Below, piece after piece: positions 14,717 through 23,046 of a DNA stretch of 32,000 bases. A program made the translations under genes and the position numbers. Source of the DNA: Gemmata obscuriglobus (GTDB taxonomy: Bacteria; Planctomycetota; Planctomycetia; Gemmatales; Gemmataceae); assembly GCF_008065095.1 (NCBI RefSeq), contig NZ_CP042911.1, forward strand, positions 6,960,001-6,992,000, read 5' to 3'. Within the stretch, counting starts at the first letter, position 1, and every line of letters starts with the position of its first letter. Below the pieces are notes generated by a model that was not told the origin of the DNA, ran no database searches, and saw nothing but the letters and a program-made list of their open reading frames with translations.

Positions 14717-17506
14717 ATGCCCGCCACGCCCGCCGAAATCGCCCGCCGCGCACTCGCCGGACGCATTGCCCCACCGGCGGAACTACTGGCGCGGTATGCC
14801 GCGGGGCGCGACCCGGACGCGTTCGCCGCCCTGGTGCGACAGTTTGGCCCGCTGGTGCTGGGCACGTGCCGCCGGGTGCTCGGCCAGTCCCCCGACGCCG
14901 ACGACGCCTTTCAAACGGTGTTCCTGGCGCTCGCACGCAGGGCCGGTTCGTTCCGCGACCCCGCCACCCTGCCCGCGTGGCTCCACCGGGTCGCCCTCCG
15001 CACCGCGCGCCAAGTCCGCCCCCGACATCGACCTGCGCCCCACGGGACCGCGGAACCGGTCGCCCCCACCGACCCGTTCGCGACGGTGGTCTGGCGGGAC
15101 GTGCGGCGGATACTCGACGAGGAACTGGACGCGCTACCCGACAAGCTCCGCGGCCCGGTGCTGTTGTGCTGGCTCGACGGTCTCACGCGCGACGAAGCGG
15201 CGAGCGTCCTCGGCGTGCCGCTCGGCACCCTGAAGCGGCGGTTGAGCGAGGGACGTGAGCTGCTTCGCGAACGCCTGACGCGGCGCGGGCTGGCGCCGGC
15301 CCTGGCGGCGTGCGCGGTGCTCGCACCCGACGGGCTCCGGGCGGACGTACCGCGCCCCCTCGCGGAGGCCGTTGCCGACGCCGCACGGCGTGTACCCATG
15401 CGGAGCGCCGTGTCCGTCTGGGCGGCCGTCGCAGCGGCGGTTGCCGCGTGCGGCGTGGCGCTCGTCACGGCCGGGCACGCGCCGCCCGAGGTCGCTCCGC
15501 CCCCACGCGCGGCAGTAGCGCTCGAGCGCCCGGCCGGCCTCCCAGATGTGCCGCTGCCGGCCGGCGCCGTGGCCCGCTTCGGAAGTATGCACTTCAGTGC
15601 CCCCGATCGCATCTTCTCGGCCGCCCGATCGCCCGACGGCACGCGCCTGGCGTTGGGAGACGGGCTCACGGTTCGGGTGTACGAGAGCACGACCTGGCGC
15701 CTGCTGCACACGCTGGCGGCAGACGGAGGCCCGGACGCCTGGCAGAAGCGCCAGTCGCTCGCGTTCTCTCCCGACGGCAACCGGCTCGCGTACGCGCAAA
15801 ACGGAAAGCTCGCGCTCACGTGGGATTTGACGACCGGCCGGTTGACGCGCCGGTTCGACCGCGACGGCTGGGTGTGGCAGGGCTTCTGCGCGTTCACCCC
15901 GGACGGCCTGCTGGCCCTCTCAGACGAGGAAGAGCTCCGGTTCTTCGATCCGGTCACCGGGGCCGAGAAGCACGCCGTGGGTGTGCCGAACGCGATCGCG
16001 TTGTCACCCGACGGCAAGCACTACCTTCGGCACACCGGACGCGCCGGGGCCGGAACACTCGTGCTGGGGAACGCGACCACCGGGGTGGACCTGCACCGGC
16101 TCGATACCGCCGTCGGTTCTGAGCCCGAGGTATCGTTCTCACCCGACGGCACACGCTTTGTTCTGATGACGAGGTATGGTGCCGCGGTCGAGGTGTGGGA
16201 CGTGGCGAAGCGGGCGCTGGTGAAGCGGCTCCCGGCGCCGCCCCAGCCGACCGATGGCGAGCGATCGGGGTACGGTGCCGCCTTCACGCCCGACGGGCGC
16301 GAGTTCTGGCTCAAGCTCCCTGGCAACGATCTCATGCGGTGGGACGCCGCCACGTTCCTTGAACTGCCACGGTTCGCCCCCGGAACGTCACAGTCGCCGC
16401 TCACAATTGCCCCGCTGCCCGACGGCCGGACCGTTCTCGTGCCCTGCGACATCGGGCGCGTGCTGGTGTTCGACCGCCAGACCGGGCGGGAGCGCCCGGT
16501 GCCGGGCCGCTACCGCGACGCCGCGTTCGCGCTCTCGCCGGACGACAAGTTCGTGGCGGTCGGCGACGCGAGCGGGCGCATCGACCTGCTCAACGCCGCC
16601 ACCGGCAGGCTGGAGCGCGTCGTGCGCGAAAGCGGTGACCCGGTTCATAAACTGGTGTTCGGCCCGAACGGGCGCACGCTCGGCGCGGCCGAGGTCGTTT
16701 ACAACGGTATCGACCTGACAAAGGACCGCGCCGCCGTGCGCGTGTACGACACAACGGACGGGAAGGAACTGCGGGCACAAAAGCGAGACGGCGCGAAAGA
16801 CAGAGAGTACCGGTCGCACTGGCCGTTACTGCCCCTTGGGTTCACCGCCACCGATCGCATGGTTATCTCGCGTTACCCGCAGAACACGCGCCTCTGGGAC
16901 TTCAAGACCGGGAAGCACACGGATCAACTTGCGGCGTCCAACATTCACGCGGCGCTCAGCCCTGACGGGACATTACTGGCAACGGAAGAACACGGCGAGG
17001 CGGTCATTACCGACGTGGCGACCGGACGCGAAACCGCTCGCGTCGAGGTCGACCCCGAGGAGAAAGCGAACCGCCGGTTCGGCGATATCATGCGGTTCGC
17101 GTGGGCGGGCGACGGCAACACGCTGGCGGCGAGCGCGCCAGGGGGCAACGTGTGCCTGATCGACCCGCGCAAGGGACGAGTCCGCACCCGAATCAACGTG
17201 GCCCGCGGCGGCGACTGGCGCTTTTCGTTCCTGCATCAACCGCTGTACCTGCCCTTCTCGATCCAGGCGCTGGCGCTGTCGCCGAACGGGCAACAGTTGC
17301 TCGCGTCGGCTCGGGGCGGGTATTACGTCGCGCTCTGGGATACCGGCGGCAGGGGTAAGCGGCTGGCGAAGCTCGAGTGCGAGTTCTCAGTACACGGCCG
17401 CGGCGCCACGTTCAGCTCGGACGGCAAGCGGCTGTTCACATTCAGCAGCACCGGTTTCGGCTACTCCTGGGACGTCGAGAATACCATCGCAGCACCGAAG
17501 AATTAA
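14717..17506 (+). CDS. ECF-type sigma-70 factor fused to a transmembrane helix and about 13 WD40/SPDG-type beta-propeller repeats
   Basis: GGAGG lies 6 nt upstream of ATG 14717. Region 2 is FAALVRQFGPLVLGTCRRVLG..DADDAFQTVFLALARRA...PAWLHRVALRTA. Region 4 is LPDKLRGPVLLCWLDGLTRDEAASVLGVPLGTLKRRLSEGRELLRERL. The TM segment is AVSVWAAVAAAVAACGVALVTA. After it come repeated SPDG/TPDG blades (SPDGTRLALGD, SPDGNRLAYAQ, SPDGKHYL, SPDGTRFVL, TPDGREFWL, SPDDKFVAVGD, SPDGTLLATEE, SPNGQQLLASA, SSDGKRLFTFS ...). Confidence 0.9.
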   Translation: MPATPAEIARRALAGRIAPPAELLARYAAGRDPDAFAALVRQFGPLVLGTCRRVLGQSPDADDAFQTVFLALARRAGSFRDPATLPAWLHRVALRTARQVRPRHRPAPHGTAEPVAPTDPFATVVWRDVRRILDEELDALPDKLRGPVLLCWLDGLTRDEAASVLGVPLGTLKRRLSEGRELLRERLTRRGLAPALAACAVLAPDGLRADVPRPLAEAVADAARRVPMRSAVSVWAAVAAAVAACGVALVTAGHAPPEVAPPPRAAVALERPAGLPDVPLPAGAVARFGSMHFSAPDRIFSAARSPDGTRLALGDGLTVRVYESTTWRLLHTLAADGGPDAWQKRQSLAFSPDGNRLAYAQNGKLALTWDLTTGRLTRRFDRDGWVWQGFCAFTPDGLLALSDEEELRFFDPVTGAEKHAVGVPNAIALSPDGKHYLRHTGRAGAGTLVLGNATTGVDLHRLDTAVGSEPEVSFSPDGTRFVLMTRYGAAVEVWDVAKRALVKRLPAPPQPTDGERSGYGAAFTPDGREFWLKLPGNDLMRWDAATFLELPRFAPGTSQSPLTIAPLPDGRTVLVPCDIGRVLVFDRQTGRERPVPGRYRDAAFALSPDDKFVAVGDASGRIDLLNAATGRLERVVRESGDPVHKLVFGPNGRTLGAAEVVYNGIDLTKDRAAVRVYDTTDGKELRAQKRDGAKDREYRSHWPLLPLGFTATDRMVISRYPQNTRLWDFKTGKHTDQLAASNIHAALSPDGTLLATEEHGEAVITDVATGRETARVEVDPEEKANRRFGDIMRFAWAGDGNTLAASAPGGNVCLIDPRKGRVRTRINVARGGDWRFSFLHQPLYLPFSIQALALSPNGQQLLASARGGYYVALWDTGGRGKRLAKLECEFSVHGRGATFSSDGKRLFTFSSTGFGYSWDVENTIAAPKN

Positions 17507-17547
17507 CGACAGTGGGAATTGCGCCGATCACCAGTGACCGAAAGCCC

Positions 17548-17985
17548 TCACCAACCGGCGTCCTCGTCATCGTAGAGCGAGGGCCGGTCGGTGATCGAGT
17601 TTTCGCTCGCTCCGAACACCCCCACCCGTACCCCGTTCCTCCTCAACTCAGCGTTGGCGTAACTGTTCACCAGCGTCAGGATGATGAGGCCCATACACGG
17701 GAGCACCGTCGCCGCCGCGAACATGAACGCCGCGAACGGCCCCTTCAGTTCCCACGACAGCAGGAACACGAACACCGCACCAACGGCGCCCAAAATGAAC
17801 GTCAAGACCATCGGGAACTGTACGGCGGGGCCGCGCCGGCTCACGAACGCCAGCGCAACGAACCCGGCCCACAGGATGAGCTGCCCCAGCACCACCGCGA
17901 TCAGCCACCGCTGGTAGCGGGCGATCCGCTTCAGGGCCGCCACCGGGCGTTCCGGCGGGCCGAACTCGTCGTCGAATGCGGACAT
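17548..17985 (-). CDS. Small integral membrane protein of unknown function (about 3 TM helices)
   Basis: MSAFDDEFGPPERP... is followed by hydrophobic segments WLIAVVLGQLILWAGFVALAFV, FPMVLTFILGAVGAVFVFLLSW and FAAFMFAAATVLPCMGLIILTLV, with an acidic C-terminus DDEDAGW. Codon usage is coherent. I recognise no family. Confidence 0.6.
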   Translation of the reverse strand: MSAFDDEFGPPERPVAALKRIARYQRWLIAVVLGQLILWAGFVALAFVSRRGPAVQFPMVLTFILGAVGAVFVFLLSWELKGPFAAFMFAAATVLPCMGLIILTLVNSYANAELRRNGVRVGVFGASENSITDRPSLYDDEDAGW

Positions 17986-18171
17986 CCGCTACCCCCGGAA
18001 AATGCCCCGAGCCGAGGTCACCTGGTCGCGCCGCCGCGCACCGCGGGAAGTGGAACAGGGACCCAGAACAGCTCTCGAACGCGCGACAGAATGGCCCCCA
18101 CTTCGGTTGGCACGGCGGCCCCCAGGCGAGGGAGTGTACCACCAAAGCTCAATAGAGTGGCCCAGAAGATG

Positions 18172-18235
18172 TTGACAGGATCAACAGGATGAACAGGATC
18201 TATCTTTATCCCGTTCATCCTGTTAATCCTGTCAA
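18172..18235 (-). terminator. 28-bp stem hairpin whose arms are three tandem (A/G)ACAGGATN 9-mers; likely 3' structure of the ROK-3 transcript
   Basis: ttgacaggatcaacaggatgaacaggat (18172-18199) pairs with atcccgttcatcctgttaatcctgtcaa (18208-18235), with an 8-nt loop. The two plus-strand mismatches (C-A, A-C) become G-U wobbles in a minus-strand RNA. The hairpin is located 81 nt downstream of the ROK-3 stop. Confidence 0.5.
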
Positions 18236-18315
18236 AACTTGTCTTCATGAGCACGAGGCTCGTGTGGGCCGGAACGAGCCGCGACCATCCGCCCACGCTC
18301 TCACCCGTTCTTAGC

Positions 18316-19308
18316 TCATTTGCCGCGGGCGAGCAGCCGGGCACAGCCGGCGGCGCCGATGAACCCGGCGTCGGAGCCCAGGCTCGCGAACGTGATCTTG
18401 ACCGACTTGGTCGGGAACGGCAGCCCGAACCGCTTCACGTAGTTGTCGATCTTCGAGCGGAACCACTCGCCGGCGGCCACCATGCCGCCGCCGAACACGA
18501 TCACCTGCGGGTCCACGGTGGCGATCACCGCGCACGCGCCCAGGGCCAGGTAGTACGCGGTGTCGTCCACCACCTTGAGCGCCAGCTCGTCGCCCTCGGC
18601 GGCGTGCTGGAAGATGACCTTGGCGGTGAAGTCCTCGTCGTTGGCGGTGTAGTAGTTGCGGAGCTTGCTCGCCGGGCCGCGCCAGCACGCCATGTCCTCG
18701 CGGGCGCGGCGCACCACGTTGGTGGCGCTGCCGTAGGCCTCGAGGCACCCGCGGGCGCCGCACCCGCACTGCCGCCCGGTGTCCGGCATGGCGATCCGCA
18801 GGTGCCCGAGTTCGCCCCCGTGGCTGTGCTCGCCCTCAATGATCCGGTCGTCGATGATGATCCCGCCGCCCACCCCGGTGCCGAGGGTGAACAGCACCAT
18901 GCTCCGCGCGTCGCTCGCGGCCCCAACCCAGAACTCGCCGTAGGCCGCCGCGTTGGCGTCGTTCTGGTAAGCCGTGGGCTTGCCGAACGCTTGCGCGACG
19001 TGGTCGCGAACGGGGACGTTCTTCCACGGCTTGAGGTTCGGCGGGTCGAGGATCAGGCCCGCCTTGATGTCCATCAGGCCCGGAGTTGCGACCCCGATGG
19101 CGGCGATGTCGGCGAGGGTCAGGCCGGCGGCGGCGACGGCCCGGCGGATCGTCTCGCACATCGTCTCGAGCCCTTCCTCCTGGCCGCGCTCGGGGTTGGT
19201 GTCCATCACCACCGGCTTCGACAGCGGAACCCCGGCCCCGGTCACCACGGCGGCCTTCATGGTGGTGCCGCCGACATCGAGCCCGACGTAATTTTCCGGA
19301 GCGGCCAT
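18316..19308 (-). CDS. ROK family glucokinase-like paralog 3 (canonical zinc motif present)
   Basis: The start is moved to the ATG at 19308 (MAAPENYVGLDVGGTTMKAAVV). YQNDANAAAYGE, LGTGVGGGIII and GELGHLRIAMPDTGRQCGCGARGCLEAYGS are present; the last is GH...CxCGxxGC. Confidence 0.88.
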   Translation of the reverse strand: MAAPENYVGLDVGGTTMKAAVVTGAGVPLSKPVVMDTNPERGQEEGLETMCETIRRAVAAAGLTLADIAAIGVATPGLMDIKAGLILDPPNLKPWKNVPVRDHVAQAFGKPTAYQNDANAAAYGEFWVGAASDARSMVLFTLGTGVGGGIIIDDRIIEGEHSHGGELGHLRIAMPDTGRQCGCGARGCLEAYGSATNVVRRAREDMACWRGPASKLRNYYTANDEDFTAKVIFQHAAEGDELALKVVDDTAYYLALGACAVIATVDPQVIVFGGGMVAAGEWFRSKIDNYVKRFGLPFPTKSVKITFASLGSDAGFIGAAGCARLLARGK

Positions 19309-19611
19309 CGTTACCTCGTGGGTGGGTGTGCGGTGCCGGTGCCGGCGGCCCGTGCGTTGCCGGTCCCGGAACGAAACACGAGACACCAAACGCCGCACAC
19401 GTTCCACCCGTTTTACCGACGGCATCACGGTTGTGACAGGTGAAGCGCTAACGGCGGTTAACAGCGGTCGCCGGCGCTAACGCCCGGCCGCGGCCGGGGC
19501 AAATTGCCCGGTTCCGCGCGCCCCGGCCGCGGGCCGTGACCTACGGTTGGGGAGAATGTAAGCCCACCCCGCGACCCGCTCAGCGGTCGCCCCGCTCGGA
19601 AGCTCCGGCAC

Positions 19612-20277
19612 ATGGAACCGCTCACCCCGCAAGTGATGCACAAGCTGGTCTTCACGATCCTCGTCCACGGGCTGCCGGACGCGCAGACCAACGTGGCTTA
19701 CGAGGTGCTGGTCGAAGCCCAGAACAACCCGAACCCGCAGGTGCGGGAGCTGGCGGTGGTGGCGCTCGCGGACCTGCCGGTGCCGGCCCCGAAGCGGGTG
19801 GCGGCGCTCTCGAAGGGGCTGCGGGACACGTCCTCCCGGGTGCGCCGCCGGGCCGCCCGGGCGCTGGGCGACTTCGGGGTGCAAGCGATCCCGGCGGTGC
19901 CCGTGCTCATTACCGGGCTGCGGGACTGCGACACGAGCGTGCGCCGCGACTGCGCCGGCACCCTCGGGCGGCTCGGCCCGGCCGCCGGCCCCGCGGTGAC
20001 GTGGCTGGTGGCGCTGCTGTCCGAGCCCGAAACCCGGAGCCGCGTGGTGGCCGCGACCGCGCTCAAGCGCGTGGGCCGAGCGGCGGTCCCGGCGCTGCTC
20101 GAAGGGCTGCGGGTCGCCGACCCGGACGTGCGCGACCGGTGCACCCGACTCCTGACCCACCTCGCGCCCGACGACGACGAGGTGACCGGCGCGATCCGGG
20201 CCGCGGCCGAAGAAGCGGCCCGCTGTGACCCGGGCGCCACCACCATCCTGCCCGCTCTGGCGATGGCGGCCGGCTGA
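19612..20277 (+). CDS. HEAT-repeat (PBS-lyase HEAT-like) protein
   Basis: It has repeated units of about 31 aa: NPQVRELAVVALADL, TSSRVRRRAARALGDFG, CDTSVRRDCAGTLGRLG, PETRSRVVAATALKRVG, ADPDVRDRCTRLLTHL. Confidence 0.75.
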   Translation: MEPLTPQVMHKLVFTILVHGLPDAQTNVAYEVLVEAQNNPNPQVRELAVVALADLPVPAPKRVAALSKGLRDTSSRVRRRAARALGDFGVQAIPAVPVLITGLRDCDTSVRRDCAGTLGRLGPAAGPAVTWLVALLSEPETRSRVVAATALKRVGRAAVPALLEGLRVADPDVRDRCTRLLTHLAPDDDEVTGAIRAAAEEAARCDPGATTILPALAMAAG

Positions 20278-20316
20278 TTTCGGAACGCGATGCGAGCCAT
20301 TCCCATGTGAAGCGGC

Positions 20317-20361
20317 GAACCCGCCCCGGCGCCCACCCGGTTGGGAGCAGCCGGGCGGGTT
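20317..20361. terminator. GC-rich hairpin between convergent HEAT and SDR genes
   Basis: gaacccgccccggc (20317-20330) pairs with gccgggcgggttc (20349-20361): a 13-bp stem with one bulged C and an 18-nt loop. Confidence 0.45.
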
Positions 20362-20388
20362 CTGCGCGTCACGTTCAACACGAACTCC

Positions 20389-21186
20389 TCAGCCGGCCCG
20401 GCGCCAGAGCATCAGCTTCACGGCGCGGATCACGATCCCCCGCGGCGCGAACCGCTCCAGAAACAACAGCATCCGGTTCCGCCAGCCCGGCACGACCATC
20501 CGCCGGCCGGCCTTCATCGCGCGAAGCCCCACCTCCGCAACCGCGCGAGCGCTGAGCGCCTGGCCGGCACTGAACCCGCCGGTCGCGGCCCCCGCGACCG
20601 TCAGGAACTCCGTCGCCACCGGCCCGGGGCACAGAGCCGTTACCGTCACGCCGGTCCCGAGCAGCTCGCTGTGCAGCGCCTCCGAGAACGAGTTCACGTA
20701 AGCCTTGGTCGCGTAGTACACGGCCATGAACGGCCCCGGCTGGAACCCGGCCACCGACCCCACGTTCAGCACGCGCCCGCGGCCCCGCGCGACGAGTTCC
20801 GGGAGGAACAGGGCGGTGAGTTCGGTCAGCGCGGTCACGTTCACCTGAACCATCCGGAGGAGCTTCCCGGGGTCGGCCCCCGCGAACGCGCCGATGTCGC
20901 CGAACCCGGCGTTGTTCACCAGCACCTCAATGCCGCCCCCCGCGGCCCGCACCGCCTCGAACAGGTGCCGCGCGGCCCCCGGCTCGGACAGGTCCGCGGG
21001 GAGCACGCGACACACAGCCCCGTGCGTTCGTGTCAGCTCCGCCGCGAGCGCCTGGAGCGGTTCGGTCCGGCGGGCGGTGAGAACGAGGTCGTGGTCCGGC
21101 GCGAGGAGTCGCGCCAGCTCGGCGCCGATCCCGGCGCTGGCCCCGGTCACGAGCGCGACCGGGCGCGCCGCGGGTGCAGTGGACAT
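20389..21186 (-). CDS. Short-chain dehydrogenase/reductase (SDR) family oxidoreductase
   Basis: VALVTGASAGIGAELA is the TGxxxGxG motif. NNAGFG and YYATKAYV (YxxxK) are also present. Confidence 0.9.
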   Translation of the reverse strand: MSTAPAARPVALVTGASAGIGAELARLLAPDHDLVLTARRTEPLQALAAELTRTHGAVCRVLPADLSEPGAARHLFEAVRAAGGGIEVLVNNAGFGDIGAFAGADPGKLLRMVQVNVTALTELTALFLPELVARGRGRVLNVGSVAGFQPGPFMAVYYATKAYVNSFSEALHSELLGTGVTVTALCPGPVATEFLTVAGAATGGFSAGQALSARAVAEVGLRAMKAGRRMVVPGWRNRMLLFLERFAPRGIVIRAVKLMLWRRAG

Positions 21187-21221
21187 AGTGGTGGGTTCGG
21201 GTGGGTGCGGTAGCGCGGGCG

Positions 21222-22025
21222 TTACGACACATTAGCCGGTTCGGGCGCCGGCGGCTCGTCTGCTGGTGGTCCGTCGACCGGTTCGTCGACCGGTTCAAGC
21301 GGCGGCAGGGCCGAAGCCGCGACGAGGAAGATGTCGCCGGTCGGCTCGGGCTGGTCGAGCCCCAGCCCGTGGTGCCGGATCAGTTCGAGGACGGCGAGGA
21401 AGATGCCGATGAGCCGCGGTTTGGTGTGCGGCGGCGGGAACGCGTCCCGGAACGGCAGCCGCCCGCCGGCCGCCGCGACCCGTTCCAGGAGTTGCGCCTC
21501 GTGGACGTGTTGCGGGGTGTCGTCGACCGCGATCGTCGCGGGCTGGAGCGCCTGGGTCTCGCGCATGAGCCGCGCGAACGCACTGACCAGGTCCCACAGC
21601 TCCACCGCGCGCACGTTCGGCGTGCGGTCGCGGACCGGGTTGGGGTCGGGCGGCTCGACCCGCGCGAGCCGCCCCGCCGCCTCCTCGGCCCGCGCCTCGA
21701 GCGCGGCGGCGGCGTCCTTGAACTTCCGGTACTCCAGCAACTGCCGGACGAGTTCGCGCCGCGGGTCCGGCTGGTCGTCGGGCGCGAACTGCGCGTCGGC
21801 CGGCAGCAGCGTCCGGCTCTTGATCTCCATGAGCGTCGCGGACATGACCAGGAACTCACCGGCGAACTCGATGTCAAGCTCTTTGACCGCCAGGACGTAA
21901 CCGAGGAACTGCTCGGCAATGGCGGCGATCGGGATGTCGAGAACGTCCACCTCGTTCCGCTTGACCAGGTACAGAAGCAGGTCGAGCGGGCCGTGGAACG
22001 CATCGAGCCGGACGAGGTGCGACAT
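21222..22025 (-). CDS. scpA: Segregation and condensation protein A
   Basis: ATG at 22025. MSHLVRLDAFHGPLDLLLYLVKRNEVDVLDIPIAAIAEQFLGYV is the hallmark ScpA N-terminus. No scpB follows; an SDR gene does. Confidence 0.88.
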   Translation of the reverse strand: MSHLVRLDAFHGPLDLLLYLVKRNEVDVLDIPIAAIAEQFLGYVLAVKELDIEFAGEFLVMSATLMEIKSRTLLPADAQFAPDDQPDPRRELVRQLLEYRKFKDAAAALEARAEEAAGRLARVEPPDPNPVRDRTPNVRAVELWDLVSAFARLMRETQALQPATIAVDDTPQHVHEAQLLERVAAAGGRLPFRDAFPPPHTKPRLIGIFLAVLELIRHHGLGLDQPEPTGDIFLVAASALPPLEPVDEPVDGPPADEPPAPEPANVS

Positions 22026-22356
22026 ACCGCCGCAACATAACACCCCGCGCCGGAATGTCCAGGCGGGTAGGAATCGCGCGTCCCACGTCGGTTATTCTTC
22101 GGCCTGATTCGGCACCGGAGGTCCGATTACATTACTCTGGTAATTGTAAAAGACTGACGCATGCGACCGGCTCACGAGTGCGAGACCGGGCCGTTGTTGT
22201 TCACTCCGGGGAGCGCGGTTACGTCGGCCACTGAATTCCGTCGCGGGCGCGAAGAAGTTCTACCCTGTTCTTACTTGCCGGACCTGAAATTCGCTGCGCC
22301 GAGTTCTATGGTCCCAGTGAACATCTACGTGACCTGCCCCCCTCAGGCCGACACTC

Positions 22357-22746
22357 ATGAACCAGCTCCTCGACGCGGTCCCGACCCGAGCCCACGAGCG
22401 CCGCCGCTCGGCCCGCTTCCAGCCCGCGTTCGGCACCGTGTGCCGGGTCGGCCCCGCCAACGCCCGCCGCACCAGCGGGCTCGTGTGGGACCTGTCCGCG
22501 ACCGGCGTCAGCATGTTGATGGCGGACCCGCCCGCGGAAGGTGAACTTGTGCCCGCCGAACTGGTCATGGAGGTGGGCACGGAGCGGCTCACGGTGGAGC
22601 TCATCGTCGTCCACGTGCGCCCGGTTTCGACCGGCGACTACTTCGTCGGCGCCCGGTTCGAGCGGTCCCTGTCGGCCGACGAGATGGCACCGTTCGTGAC
22701 GCCGGACGCCTCACGCCCGCTGCCCGCCGCGCCTCTGAGCGCTTGA
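22357..22746 (+). CDS. Stand-alone PilZ-domain protein (putative c-di-GMP receptor)
   Basis: RRSAR (RxxxR) is followed about 25 aa later by DLSATG ([D/N]xSxxG), the two PilZ c-di-GMP-binding motifs. The protein is 129 aa. Confidence 0.75.
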   Translation: MNQLLDAVPTRAHERRRSARFQPAFGTVCRVGPANARRTSGLVWDLSATGVSMLMADPPAEGELVPAELVMEVGTERLTVELIVVHVRPVSTGDYFVGARFERSLSADEMAPFVTPDASRPLPAAPLSA

Positions 22747-22758
22747 CGCGTACCGAAG

Positions 22759-22975
22759 CCAGTGGTTTCAAGTTCCAGGTTCCAAGCTCCAAGTGGAGTC
22801 CAGTAGTTTCAAGTTGGCGGTGTTAGTGCGCCACCCGCCTGCTGACGCAGGCGGTTCGACCGTGGCTCGTCGAACCGCCTGCGTCAGCAGGCGGGTGTAA
22901 CGTGGGTGTGCCCGGGGTCCGCGATTGATCTCATCAAGGCGGTCGCCAACTTGAAACTACTGGAATCCGGTTGAA
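22759..22975. repeat. Composite repeat: a heptad unit homologous to 727-766, then a 166-bp MITE-like unit with 21-bp terminal inverted repeats enclosing a perfect 29-bp nested palindrome
   Basis: 22759-22800 (ccagtggtttcaagttccaggttccaagctccaagtggagtc) resembles 727-766. The TIRs are 22799-22819 and 22944-22964 (core cagtagtttcaagttggcg / cgccaacttgaaactactg). The inner palindrome has arms 22832-22860 and 22869-22897, perfect, with an 8-nt loop. Each arm also contains its own 8-bp hairpin (ccgcctgc tgac gcaggcgg). Confidence 0.85.
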
Positions 22976-23046
22976 GAGTGCCGCACGACCGTTCCCGGGG
23001 CGAAGCGGCCCCTTTCTGCGTTCGGTTAAGACCTTGGCTCGCGGCG

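Noticed and set aside
19455-19560. GC-rich imperfect inverted repeats and a gcgctaacg direct repeat in the ROK-3 / HEAT divergent region
   Set aside because: The stems are short, G/C-only and imperfect, at a level expected by chance in this composition. No clear operator symmetry is visible.
22832-22897. tRNA-like GGTTCGA string within the palindrome
   Set aside because: The sequence is a perfect 29-bp palindrome. No acceptor, D or anticodon arm geometry can be drawn, so it is not a tRNA.
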